Origin: Hydrolagus colliei
Lineage: Eukaryota
Direction: 5' to 3'
Length of the DNA: 64,000 nt
Assembly: GCA_035084275.1 (NCBI GenBank)
Contig: CM068746.1
Span: forward strand, 37,262,001 to 37,326,000
Position 1 is the stretch's first letter. Every line of letters starts with the position of its first letter. The position numbers and the translations under genes are program-made. Below are positions 1 to 12,989 of this stretch, one piece after another. Under the pieces are notes generated by a model. It had not been told where the DNA came from. It did not search any database and saw nothing but the letters and a program-made list of their open reading frames with translations.

Positions 1-213
1 CCTGGTTGTCAGTCAACTGACAGATCGCTTTCCGGGGGGTAATAATCCCTCCAAATGAAAAACAACTGTTTGTGGGACACTGCTGTACACAATTGGCTGC
101 CGTGTTTCCCCCACAAAATATATCGTCAATTCCCTTCACAGGATATTCTGTGAAGCGCTTTGAGACGTCTCAACGACTTGATCAGATGCTATATCAAATG
201 CAAGGACTATTAT
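1..213 (+). mobile_element. tRNA-derived SINE, long variant, 3' part (cut by window edge)
   Basis: Begins in the long-variant segment, then TGTTTGTGGGACACTGCTGT...AATTGGCTGCC...GTGAAGCGCTTTGAGACGTC...TATATCAAATGCAAGG tail. Confidence 0.8.
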
Positions 214-1909
214 GAAAAATTGCATTGCTTTTCTTTTAGGTCCTCATGATTAAGTGTGTGTGGGGGGGGGGGGGGGGGGGCGACATCTGTCCTACAGTAA
301 TATTGTACTTGACAATGATGTATTGAGAAGAGCCAGGGGAACAAAAGGATATTTTAGGATATTCTGTGAGGCAGAATCTAAAAAACTGGGATTCTGATAG
401 ACATGGAGGAAAGAACGAGGTTGGAAAACACCATGCGGAGTCATAAATTAGAGCCCTTGAAATTTCTATCTGGACCTAGGATTGAATTACCGCTGTAAAC
501 TCACTGCTCCACAATGTGTTTTTGTAAAAATACATTCAGATTTAGTTTTACCCTTTAATCCTCAGAATGCCAGAGCTCAAAGGTATTTCTTGCTCCCTTG
601 GGTAGCTGTTTTAAAGTTCAACTCACACTCCGACACTGAAGTGTACACCCATAAAGCTCACAAACCTGAAGCTGCTTTATTGCTGTTATCATTAATCTCA
701 TGCCTTACAACTGGAAATATTCTAATTGAAACAACTTCGAATGAAAATATGATAGATCAAAATCTTTACGTCTGCTCTGCTTATTTTAACTTTTTGGCCC
801 CTCCCTCCCTCACGACATGAAAGGCGATCTACAAATGTAATTTTGTTGTTGTCGTTTTGAGGGACTGTGAATCCACAGCACTGCTCGCCCAACAGATGCA
901 AGAATTGTAACTCCTATAACTCATGGAATAATAATAGTCCTTACATCAAGTACAGGATCTTTCACATCGAGAGGACGCCTCAAAGTGGTCGACAAGATAC
1001 ATCACATAAAAACTGCGTACCTTGCAGGTGAACACCAAAGCCAGTTTACACAGATCAATGATTCCGGGCATGAAATAATAGCCAGAAAATGCCTTTGCTT
1101 TGATCTCTGAAATGTTATGGGAATAATTACTGTTAGAGGAAATTCCTGTATTATTAGGGTTTGTGTGGATGTCATTACAGTGCATGCCTCACATAGTTTG
1201 TCTAACAAACGCAAACAAGCGCTCATAATGTTGTAGAAAGATCCCCCAAGCTCAGTTACTCTGGAATAACAGCGTTCAATCAACTGGATAGAATTAAGCC
1301 TCGCGGATTTTTTGATTGAATAAGATTGCCTCAGGCATTCACTGCCAAAAGCTAATAAAGCTCTTCACTTAAAATCCTCTTCTGTTGGAACACTAATCGT
1401 ATCCCATCTCCGCAATGAGCAACTGGGATCTCACCCGATTGGATCAGAGTCAGTGTTTTTTTTTTTGCACGTCTTCAATAAAAAATCATTTGTTCAAATC
1501 ATAAAAGGTTAATTATTTATTCTTGGGAGGAAGTTTAACTTATTGAAATACCCGAAGAATAATACGAATGAAGTGCGCTGGGAGCAAATTAACATCAGTT
1601 CGGTTATATTTTTTCATACAGACAAGGCTGCGTCTGCCCATTATCATCAAGATAGGTTGGGTACTAAAGAATATAATAGTTTCCTTACTCCACACACCTG
1701 ATAATAATCCCAAGAAAAAAAGCATTCATAAATTGGTCATTTCGATCCACGACTGTTTGTGGGACACTGCTGTACGCAATTGGCTGCTGTGTTTCATCCA
1801 CCAAATATACAGTCAACTCGCTTTACAGTGTATTCTGTGAAGAGCTTTGAGATGTCATTATTTCTTTCTTTCATCTCAGTTTAACACCGGAGCAGAAAGT
1901 AGTCACAGG

Positions 1910-2280
1910 TGCAGACTACATTTGAAATCCGTCTTTTCCGAACCGATTATACCATAGCGATACCGCCCGTTCCTGAGGTCACCCTCCGCCCAGCTCGACC
2001 TCGAGCTCCGCCACTGTCAAGCACTCTGGGATGCTACCCTGTGGGAGGGGCACTATATAAATGCATGTTGATGTTCAAAATCCCAATGTCCCCTACAACA
2101 GCACAGACACAATTTTGCACGTTTTTGTGTCATCGATTCCTGGGTCGGGCGAAATGTCAGCCAAGTTTCCTCACCCCGCACTCTTCTGTTTCCCTACTTG
2201 ACTGTTCAGCCCCTTGGGACGTCCTCCTGGTGTGAAAGGCGCTATGTAAATGTCATTTTGTTGTTGTTGTTGTTGTTGTT
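1910..2280 (+). mobile_element. L2-type LINE 3' end fragment(s)
   Basis: Ends CCTTGGGACGTCCTCCTGGTGTGAAAGGCGCTATGTAAATGT-(TTG)n, the same tail as the L2 at 58555-59405; the 5' limit is uncertain. Confidence 0.65.
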
Positions 2281-4771
2281 AAGCACGGAGACGGGTTTAC
2301 ACATGTGTCAGACACCTCACGGTCGACCAGAAAAAAATGAATGGCTTCCTTACTTCACAACCATGGATTGTCTTGTTTTCAAATATTAGTTCTCAGGTCT
2401 AAGAATCTGCAGATTATGGGTTTAAAGAATCCACCAAACCAACGCATACATGTATAATACACATATAAAGCCGTACTGCTTTTGTGTGTCTGCCCCACTT
2501 ACTCCTTTGTGTGGCAGCTGTAAGCGGAGTGTCTAATGAGCAGGTCAAGGGATGGATGATTCATTGTATAACTACAGCAGCCTCTAAATGTCAGGTGCAA
2601 ATGCTGTGTGCAATTCTCCCGTACAACTCAAGTGTTATTGTCTGTTAACCTTTTCAGGATTGGTGTTCTGTTTGGACAGGAGCTAACAATAGAATACATA
2701 CACACACACACACACACTAACAACAAGAACAACAACAAAATTACATTTATAGAGCGTCTTTCATGTCAGGAGGACGTCTCAAGGTGCTGAACGGTCAGGT
2801 CTAGACATGAGCAAAGGGAGGGGGCAGGGGTGAGGGGAAAGAGAGAGTTAGTGGATGAATTGACTGTATATTTGTGGGTGAAACGCGGCAGTCAAGTGCG
2901 CACAGCTGTGTCCCACAAACAGTTGTGGATTGAAATTACCCCCTTAAAAAGGGATTTTTATCAGGCGCGCGTGTGTGTGTGTATGTGTATAGTAAGGAAA
3001 CTTGCCCAAGGTTTTGCCCTGATCTGCTGGGAATTTAACCCAGGTCTCTCTTAGGCACCAACAGTCCACTGTGGTAAGTTTAATTTCTACAAAACACCTT
3101 CTACATACATGTACAAGGATTTCCAACACAAAAGCACAGCTAACCATACTCTGTACAAACCTGTAAACTCGATCAAATCCCAGTGAACTGTTACCTTTTA
3201 CAGAAGTGTGTAAAGTGGTTTGGGAATCTCATCGGCTGCTTTTCAGGAGCATGTCTTCACTCGCATTACACACTCAAGCGTTTTACAAACAATTAACATT
3301 TTAGCGGTGGATTCTCATTACGTTTAGACCCTGTTTGGTGTGGAATGCATCTCACAATTTTGATACGGTCTATTTTCTCCTCATCATCTGCACGCACCTA
3401 TTATAAAGGTGTCAATTGAGCAATGAGTTGAAAGTGAACATCTTCCAGAAATATCACAGGCTGCTCGGTGCCAGTGGCTTGAGTAAGAAAGGAAGCCTGT
3501 GGTGCAGAAGAGGTGCTGAAAGATCTGTCCGCAGTTCTCTAATTCTTCAGTAAACTGTGTAGTCGAGCACACTCGATATGCAATTAGCAGCGAGATGTAT
3601 TGTGTTCGCATTGCCCATCCCCAGACATGCTCCCACTTAACAGCTGTGAGGTACACAGGTCAATAGAGGAAAAATTTAAAAGAACTTGCATTTTTATTGT
3701 ATTATGTTGGAACATCTCAAAGTGCTTTACAAATAATTACTGTCAACTAAGTGTATTGTCTATTTTTGTTGGCGAGTGGCATGATTGCTGACCAGTGGGA
3801 GACACTTGCTTCTCACTATTGAATAGTGTCTTGAGAACCTTAACATCCCCCTTCACCGCAGTGCAGACAAATGGAACCTGAATGTCTTTCGTAGCGACAA
3901 CACAGTTTTCAACGTAACAATAACCCCTTGCAGTTGATATGGTGCCTTATCACACCTCTGTGACGTCTCAAAGTGCTTGACGGAATGGACCGACAATATA
4001 TTTTTACAATAGCGCGGACGAGGCAGCTCTCTCTCCCAGTACTGACTGCCCCGGAGCGTCTAGAAAGATCATGAACCCGAGTCCCAACGTTAAGGCTTCA
4101 AACATCGACAATCTGACTCGTGGAGTTGAGAATGTTGCCTTGGGCGGGCCAGGCCGACAAGTATTATAATAGAAACATGAAAATTTTACATCCAGGGGGC
4201 CCATTCATCTCAATCTATCTGTGTCACCGCTGGCTGTATTATTAATCCCACTTCCCAACTCTTTTCCCCATATTTCTCATTAATACTTTTAACTGCTCAA
4301 TTGCTTAACCCAGTTCTCTTTTGAACATATCGATTGAATTGGCTCGAATTTGTAATAAATTCCAAATCCTACTAAGCTTTTGAGCAAAGAATTTCCTCCT
4401 CGCCTTCCCTCTCCCCTGGATAGAGAAAACATGGGAAAATGGGAGTACAAATTTGCCTTGATCGAATAAACAGTCAGAACAGCTTGCCCTGTAATGTATG
4501 TTTAGAATAATTAATAGTTTGCTAGGACTAAACTGATTGCTGGCAGTGTATTAATTCCAACTACTCCAAACACCCATCTGTGTCATCTACACCCGGGAAG
4601 ACGCCAGGCAGAAAACATACTGTAGCTTGGCTACGATTGAACAGAGGCAGAGATAACCAGTGATAATACAACAGAGACAAAGTAGGGGCAAAACAATGGC
4701 AATTATCAACTTTAGTTTGCAGAAGACCAAAGTAAGGAGGATGTTTAATTAGCGGAATAGCCTCTTCTTGT

Positions 4772-4992
4772 TAATAATAATAATAATAATCCTTGCATTG
4801 GATGTAGCGCTTTTCGCGTCTTCTAGACGTCTCAAAGTGCTTCGCAGAATGTACTGTAGAATTGCTCACTGCAGTGTTCCACAAACAGTCGTGGATTGAG
4901 TGACCAAATTATTATTGTTTTTTAATTTGAGGGATTATTACCAGGCGTGTGGAGGAAGGAAACTTGCCCTAACCGCTGAGCTACAGGTCTCC
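4772..4992 (-). mobile_element. tRNA-derived SINE (internally deleted)
   Basis: Reverse complement of the head (GGAGACCTGTAGCTCAG), body and (TTA)n tail. Confidence 0.8.
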
Positions 4993-5165
4993 CAAGTTCT
5001 CATGTTACCTGTTGATTGAAAACATAGTGTTAAATTGTCAATTTGGTACTGTGGGCTAGAAACAGATTTCAGAGATGCTAGCCTCACTATCACCTAGCAG
5101 CAAACATCGATGCAGGGGCTGAGGGCTGTATTCTTAGAGCGAGAGCCAGCCCATCAAGTCACTTA

Positions 5166-5430
5166 TCATAGAATCTTAGAATCTTACAGCATAAAAGGAG
5201 GCCATTTGGCCCAACGAGTCTGTGCCGGCTCTTTGAAAGGTACAATTCAATCCCACTCCCAGCTCTCTCCCCATAACCGCGCAAACCCGTCCTCCCCAAA
5301 TAAAGCTCTACCTCTCTTTTAAAAGTTGTTATCGAATCGGACCTCCTCCACCTTTTCAGGCAATGTATTCCAGATTCGAACAACTCGTTGAGTGAAAACA
5401 TTTCTCCTCACCTCCCCTCTGCTTCTCTTA
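5166..5430 (-). mobile_element. CR1-type LINE 3' end
   Basis: Terminal CATAGAATCTTAGAATC repeat, GGAGGCCATTTGGCCC and typical CR1 3'UTR/ORF2-end sequence on the reverse strand. Confidence 0.65.
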
Positions 5431-7409
5431 GAAACTTGTTGCAGTGTAAACTCGCTGACATGATGCTATGAGGAGCGAACATTTAACCTCACTGGGGGAA
5501 GGGAGGGGAGAGGGAGTGGAAAATCGACCATGTCTTATTCACTTCAATGAGGTTGCTGCTTTTCTCTGAAAAACTCACTTACGGTAATATCTCGACCTTG
5601 ACAAACATGAAAAATTATTACATTATTGCAGTCAGCCAACTGCACAAGCTCGTTACATATTTTTGATGAAACTGAGAAGAAATAGTAGTGGGTGCTAAAT
5701 ACTCACCCTGTAATGTCTGTTGAGAATAATTAATAGGTTGCTGGGACTACAATGATTGCTGGCAGTGTATTAATTCTAACTACTCCAAACAACAATCTGT
5801 GTCATCTCCATTCAGGTTCTTGGTTTCAGCAAAGACGTCAGCCAAAAAATGCACTGTAGCTTTGCGGAGTGAATGTGGGCAGTGGGAGCCAGAGATATTA
5901 CAATAGAGACAAAGCAGAGATATCACAATGGCAACGATCAAGTTTTGCGAAATATATGACAATATAAGGAGGATAAATAGAACTTTGGGAACAATTAAAC
6001 AGATGGGCCAAAAGAATGACAGATGGATTTTAATTAAGATAAACCTAAGATGATGCACATTGGAACAGGATATGTGTACATGAGGAAGCGACATCCATTT
6101 GCAGACTCGAAGCACAAAGAGGATTTGGGTATGATTATTAATCACTCGCTGAAAGTTTCCATAGTTAACACGGAGCCCTTATTAAAACGCATGCCTAAAC
6201 ACTAAGTTTTATCTTGGAAAATGTTTGACTGATTCAAGAAATATTGGTCTCTTGTATAAATCACTGACGAGCCATTGTGTGCAGTTCATTGTTGCATTGA
6301 GGAGGAGGATTTCCAAAGATGTTTGTGTGACTTGGGGATGGAAATTGTGAAGAGAGCGATATATAGCCAAAAACTTTTTTTTAAAGGAAAAATGTTTTCG
6401 ATGGGCAGAGGGGAGAAGGGGGCAATGTCTTAAAATCCTGAGGAGATTGGTTGATAAAGCCAACTGTTGTTGTTATTTTTTTAAAACTACAGTTTTTCTT
6501 TTAAAATTAATTTCAGATTGCTTTCTTGCAAAACGGCAAACTGCTTGCTCGACACAACCTGATTTAGAGACTCTCTAAGCTCCTTAGAATGAAGGGGAAG
6601 GTTAGGGGATGTCTGTCCATAGCAGTTTGTGGGATACTGCTGTGTGCAACTGGCTGCTGCATTTCGCCCACAAAATACACAGTCACTGCTGTGTGGTTCT
6701 TTTGAGACGTTTAAATGTGATCAGGCGTAGCATTAAATGCTAGTTTTTTGGGAGACAAAGCAGGTTATCACAACAGGAAAAAATTGCCACAGTTGGTGGT
6801 TTCAGCAGAGATTTGGATAAAAGATCTGAACAAAATGATTGTGAAGTGGTTCTGAGAAAGAGCAGGAAATTGGGAATATAGTAGATCATTAAAGCGAACA
6901 CCACATAAGACTCGGTGAGCAGATGGTCTCTTTCTATGCTCCCAATTTCTATCATTCTTGGAACGTATCAAAGTTAAATTGTCCTTTTTGTGTTCCCCTG
7001 TTTGGTAGCAATCAGGCCACTCCACTTGATAACGGCCCAAAACATATTTGAAGCCCGAAAACCATTTAGTCCTTCATCTCTCTTCCTCATAATCTAATTT
7101 TGGATCAAACGCGCAGTCAAGGAGGAGGTGCCTGAAGGAGGTGAAGGAACAGCGGGACGGAGTTCCAGAGGGTGAAGAGTATTGAGCAAGGATGCTAACC
7201 TCACTGATTTAAAAGATAATTCTCAACCCACTTTGCCCAGTTGGCATTTTCCTGTAGATTTAAACCTATATGTTACATAGCTTTTCCAATTTTTGAGTTA
7301 GTGCCTTCAGCTGCCATCAGATATAATTGATTTCTTCCACAAAATCAGTTTTCTGATGGGATATTTTGTCTTCCCTAATATTTTTTATTTGGGGTTCCGG
7401 ATTCCCAGT

Positions 7410-7687
7410 GGAGTCCTGTAGCTCAGTGGTTAGAGCACTCGTCTTACCAGAGAGAGACCTGGGTTTGAGTCCAGGTAGGGCAAAACCTTGCGCAAGTTTC
7501 CTTCCTTACCAAAAAAAAATTGGTAATTTCAATCCACGACTGTTTGTGGGACACCTCTGTGCATAATTGCTGCTGCGTTTCTCCCACATATATACAGTCA
7601 ATTCACTTTACAGTATATTTGGTGAAGCGCTTTGAGACGTCTAGAAGACGTGAAAAGCGCGATATCAAATGGAAGCATTATTATTGT
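7410..7687 (+). mobile_element. tRNA-derived SINE, near full length (short variant)
   Basis: GGAGTCCTGTAGCTCAGTGGTTAGAGC (Pol III A box), GGGTTTGAGTCC (B box), family body, GAGACGTCTAGAAGACGTG tail, (TTA)n. Confidence 0.9.
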
Positions 7688-8949
7688 TGTCAATTACAGT
7701 CAATCCCTCAAAGGTCAGGTTTGGTGACCCTGGAGTAACACTCGTTTTGCTTTTCTGGTGTTTGGAAGCGCCGACATGTGCAGTGACTTATCATCTCAAT
7801 CGATATTCAAGTCTTCAGCGCTTAAAACAAGACGATTGTGATGCCCAGCTCGTCAGTCCCACTTCACTGTTTTATTGATTGAGAAAGCAGGAAGTGTCTA
7901 TGAGCTGACCCGCTGCCCTGTTCGTGGATCACTGAAGAGTCTTAAAGCATTTAATCTCTTGTCCATTTATGACCGACAATCACAGCCAGTTGGTTTGGAA
8001 AAATGCCACTCCCAGGCACGGAAAGCACAGTGATCGGCTGAGATGCAAGGCTTCCTTTGTAAAACGCGGAACAAAGCCACAGCTAACGGGGAATGTGAAA
8101 CGGCACTAAAAGGAGCACAGTTCACAGTCTTTGCAGTGAGTAGGCACTTCGCTTTTACAGCCAAGATCACTCCACGCGATCGATCAACAGAGGCTGATCA
8201 CAGAGGTCGTACGGGAGCACCAGGAAGTCTTATCTAAATGTCTATCTGGTCGTTGCACTTTACAGTACAGTACAGTATATCCTGTGAGATGCTGTTTGAT
8301 ATAAAGTACAGTGTTTCGCACCACAGTCTGGACTTAGTGATTCACCACACAGTGGGGGTGGGGTGGGGAGAAGGGGGCGTTTATGTGTCTCAAGAGTGTT
8401 CTAGAGACACAACCGTTGTTTGGCCACCAGCAGAAACCAAATAAGTCACATTGCCCTGTCCTTCATTCCGGGTAGTGTCCCAGAATGAAGGAGACCAGAG
8501 CAAGGGGGGAGGGGGAGGGGGAAGCAGAGTAGGAGAATTGACTGTATATTTGTGGGCGAAACGCGGCAGCTAACTTGCGCACAGCAGTGTCCCATAAACA
8601 GTCGTGGAAGTGGGGTTAGGGGAGAAAGGAGGAAAAGAGGGGGAGAGGGAGGGAAAGGTGGGGTGGAGTAAAGGGAGGAAAAAGGGGGGAGAAAGGGGGG
8701 TAAGGAGGGAGAGGGAGGGGTTAAAATCAGGGAGAAATGGGATACGCCTTAAGAGTATCCAAACCCAGGTTAAATTTCCAGGTATCCCACGTACACATGA
8801 AAATCCCAGAGATAGTTTGTCGGGATGGAATGCGCACTCTCTCCCTGGAGAGACGCATTCCTCCTTACTTAATACTGGAAAGTATTGGGCGCAAGTTGTA
8901 CAAATGGAATGTTTGTTTAATATGCTACACTTGTACATCAGTATTACAT

Positions 8950-9820
8950 TACATCTACACGCTCCCCCTTGGCGACATCATCCACACACAAGGAGGCAAC
9001 TTCCACATGTATGCGGATGACACCCAATCTCAACTATCTTTCTGCCTCTACGCTCGACTCCAGGACCACTGCTGTCTCGACAGACAGCTTGTCACAACAT
9101 CAGGTCCTGAATGAGAGCTAACTTTCTACAGTAGAATGTCAACAGGATTGAGACTCTCCTCATTGGCTCGAGCCAACGCCTTCACTCATCAGGCACTGGC
9201 AGCATCAACCTCCATGGTTGCACACTCCACCTCACCAAGCCAGTCAGGAACCTGGGTGTCTTGTGCGAACCTCAACTGTCTTTCCTTTCTCACATCCAAG
9301 CCATGACCCGCTCTGCCTTTCCCCATCTCTGCAACATTGCCCGACTCCACCAGTGCCTCACCTCTCAGGGCTGAAACCTTCATCCATGCCTTCATTACAC
9401 CCAGGCTCAACTACGCCAACACACTACTTGTCGGCCTTCCCAATTCCTTTCTCCATAGGCTGCAGATAATCCAGAACTCTGCGGCTCGTGTCCTCTACCG
9501 CTCCAAGTTCTGTGACCCTATCTTCCCCCATCCTCGCCCGACTCTTTTGGCTCTCCATCACCCAGAGGATTCAATTCAAGATCCTGGTCTTCACATTCAA
9601 AGCCCTCCATGGCCTCACCCACCCTACCTCTGCGACCTCCTAACCCACTACCAAACTGCCCACCCACTCCGCTCAGCAGACTCCAGCCAGCTCCATGTCC
9701 CCCGACCCACCCACCCCATCATTGGCGAGAAAGCCTTCAGCCACTCTGCCCCTAACCTCTGGAATTCCATCTAACAGTCCCTCCGCCTCGCCCCCTCCTT
9801 CAAGTCCCATCTTAAGACCC
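8950..9820 (+). mobile_element. L2-type LINE ORF2 fragment (degenerate reverse transcriptase)
   Basis: LPLGDIIHTQGGNFHMYADDTQ (YADD catalytic motif), then frameshifted AETFIHAFITPRLNYANTLLVGLP...LQIIQNSAARV...AFSHSAPNLWNSI. Confidence 0.9.
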
Positions 9821-9821
9821 T

Positions 9822-10106
9822 CACACTCGCCTTACAAGCAGAGGATCTTGGTTCCATTCCCAGCAGGGCAAAACCTTGGGCAAGTTTCCTTATTCCACAC
9901 ACCTAATAATAATCCCTCGAAAACCCCCCCATCATAAATCGGTCATTTCAATCCACGACTGTTTGTGGGAGACTGCTGTACGCAATTGGCTGCTGCGTTT
10001 TGCCCACAAATATACAATTCATGTACAGTCAATTCATTTTAGTATATTCTGTGAAGCGCTTTGAGACATATAGAAAACGTAAAAGGCGCTATATCAAAAA
10101 TGCAAA
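9822..10106 (+). mobile_element. tRNA-derived SINE, 5'-truncated
   Basis: Starts at ACTCGCCTTACAAGC, with family body and tail; abuts the L2 fragment. Confidence 0.85.
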
Positions 10107-10897
10107 GAGAGATTAAGACGTGAAAGTTTACAAGAGGCCATGACACCATCTCTCACATCCTGTCACACAATTCATACTCATTTCTTGAGATGAAACACTG
10201 AGGAAATGCAGGGGGAAAGTAGAGTGAATTGCACTGAAACTGCAATTGCTAGAAAAAACAACATTTCTTTAAATAATATATTGGATTTCAAGCGCTTGTT
10301 TTCCCGGTTTGATGACCTGGACCAGGGAGAAAACCACTTTCCGTCAAAACGCGTTCACAGCAAATGTGTTTTTTTTTATTAAAGATATAAAGATGAACCA
10401 AAAAAATCCAAGACACATCCCAGGATGTGAGAATTGTCTTGTTGCTTTCTAGTCACAAGACATTCCTAGTGACAAGACGACACACCACACAGTATGGTAT
10501 TTATAACCAAAGTGTTAGATCCGCGCACTCTCATTTTTCCCTGCTGTTATTCTCCACGGTAATGTCTGTTTTATTCATTGGAGAAAAAACGGAGAAATAA
10601 TAAGAATTATATATGAAAAATCTTTTCATTTGATACACCACCTTATTGCGCCTTCGAGACATCTCGAAGCTCTTCACAGGATACAATAAGAATATTAATC
10701 TTTGCATTTGATATAGCGCCTTATCACGTCTTCAAGACATCTCAAAGGACTTCACAGAATACACTGTAAAGTGAACTGATTGTATACTTTGTGGGCGAAA
10801 ACGTGGCAGCCAATTGTGCACACACAGTCACATTTAATCTAGCAGACCTTGTCCTATGTTCCTCAGCAGTTAGATTTACTAAGGTAGGGAGCTGACT

Positions 10898-11220
10898 GAG
10901 TGCTGTAGCTCAGTGGTTAGAGCGCTCGCCTTACAAGCGAGAGACCTGGGTTCAATTCCAGGCAGGTCAGACACCTTAGGCAAGTTCCCTTACTCCAACC
11001 GCCTGATAATAACCCTTCGAAAAAAACAATAATAATAAATTGGTCACTTGAATCCATGACTGTTTGTGGGACGCTGCTGTGCGCAATTGGCTGCCGAGTT
11101 TCACCCACATATACGCAGTCAATTCACTTTACTGTATATTCTGTGAAGCGCTTTGAGACGTCACAAAGATGTGAAAAGCGCTATATCAAATGCAAGGATT
11201 ATTATTATTTTTATTATTAT
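10898..11220 (+). mobile_element. tRNA-derived SINE, full length
   Basis: TGTAGCTCAGTGGTTAGAGCGCTCGCCTTACAAGCGAGAGACCTGGGTTCAATTCC head, body, tail, (TTA)n. Confidence 0.9.
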
Positions 11221-12189
11221 CAGGTGCAGAGACAGTGTTACATGCGAATCTACTCCCCCACATGTTGACAGCCCGGAGGGTTACACACGTTCCAAGCTTC
11301 CCTTACACAAGTTAAAACTTCACAATCTATCTTCAGTCCTGTAGGGGCTTCGCAAGAACAGAACGCAAGATAGAACGTACCACTTTCAACGTCGGAAAAA
11401 TCTGAATTTCAGAAGCATCAATCACCTGGCCCGACCCACCACACAGACTGCACAAAAAATGGGTCACAAAACAAACATCTCTACACGACGTCTGACAGAT
11501 AACTTTTCTGGCAGCCTCTCACAAACGGCAGGTTTTCTGTTGTTTTATTTATCAGTGCATCCTAGACAGTCGCAGAGGAAGGTGCTCGGCACAATGCAGC
11601 CACGCACGACCCGGCTCTATTATGTTCAATGAGTTTCAGGGCTGCGTTGACAGCGGGAAATATTTTGAAGCGCGAAACAAGGCCAAGCCCAGGGAAATCA
11701 AAAGTCCAGCCCGAAGAGCCACCCGCCATCTGACTCGCTTGTGGATGTGAGAATTGTACAGTTGCTTTCTCATCGCAACACGTTGGTTGCACACAGTGCC
11801 AGGGATACACCAAGCATTCAGCAACACAGCATGAGGCCTCAGAATTATACGTTTGGGCGGTTTTTCCCTCCCCCTCCCTCCAGTGCCCGTCGGGTCATCC
11901 ATCACCTGAGATGAGCGAGAAGAAAAAGGCCGATGGTGAGCTGCTGATATGGCTGGTAACGGACATGCTCGAGGGCCCCCAGGAAATGATCCAATGATCC
12001 CAATCTATCCAGTCTCTCTCCACTGATGTTACCTGGACTCTGTGACAATGCTGCATTGTCGTAATTGGCTGCGGCGTTTTGCTCGCAAAATATACAGTCA
12101 ATTCACTTTGCAGTATATACCGTGAAGCTCTTTGAGACGGCTCACCACCTTATCACGGCTTTGAGGCACCTCAACGCTCTTCCCAGGCT

Positions 12190-12511
12190 ATAATAATAAT
12201 ATTAATCTTTGCATTTGATATAGCGCCTAATCACGTCTTTGAGCAGTCTCAAAGCGCTTCACAGAATATACTGTAAAGTGAATTTACTGTTTACTTGTGG
12301 GTCAAACGCGGCAGCCAATTGTGCACGGCAGTGTCCCACAAACAGTCGTGGATTGAAATGACTAATTTATTATTGTTTGTTTTTGAAATGATTATTATTA
12401 GGCGTGTGGAATAAGGAAACTTGCCCAAGGTTTCGCCCTGACCTGCCTGGATTCGAACACAGGTCTCACGCTTGTAAGGCGAGCGCTCTAACCACTGAGC
12501 TACAGGACTCC
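12190..12511 (-). mobile_element. tRNA-derived SINE, full length
   Basis: Reverse complement of the same family, with intact A box and GTTCGAATCC B box. Confidence 0.9.
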
Positions 12512-12989
12512 ACAGTTCTCTTTTGGAACAAAGTGAAGAAGAAATCAGAGTGACTGGAGATACCTCCGATTGCGTAGTTCAAGAATTACTGGTAAAAACA
12601 CAGAAAAAGATCCTTTTTCTTCCGTGCCCCCACCCCACAAACACCCTCCTTGATCTCTAATCTTTGAATCGTTTGCGACTGGCAAAACAGTCAGCTGCAC
12701 TTTGTAACAGAAAGTACAATTGACAGCAATGAAAGAAAATAGAAGCTATTCTCTTCAACCTTTACTGCTCCCCAGCGGGAGCAATATTTTCATTATTTTA
12801 AGCTGCTTTATTTCAAAATTTCATCAGTTTAATCCCCCAAATTACACTTACCAGTCAAGACCAAGTATGCTTAACTATAAGTATAAACCTACAACAGAAT
12901 AGGGACATCTAGCAGCTTTAGCTGCATACTACACATGATTTTTAACTCTCAAATCACTGATCAGAAACTTTGATGGCAGCATACCAAGT

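Noticed and set aside
10898-10970. tRNA genes (TAC anticodon-like loop) here and at 7410, 12440-12511, 14753, 33723, 43773
   Set aside because: No complete acceptor stem, loop sequence varies between copies, and each continues into a SINE body.
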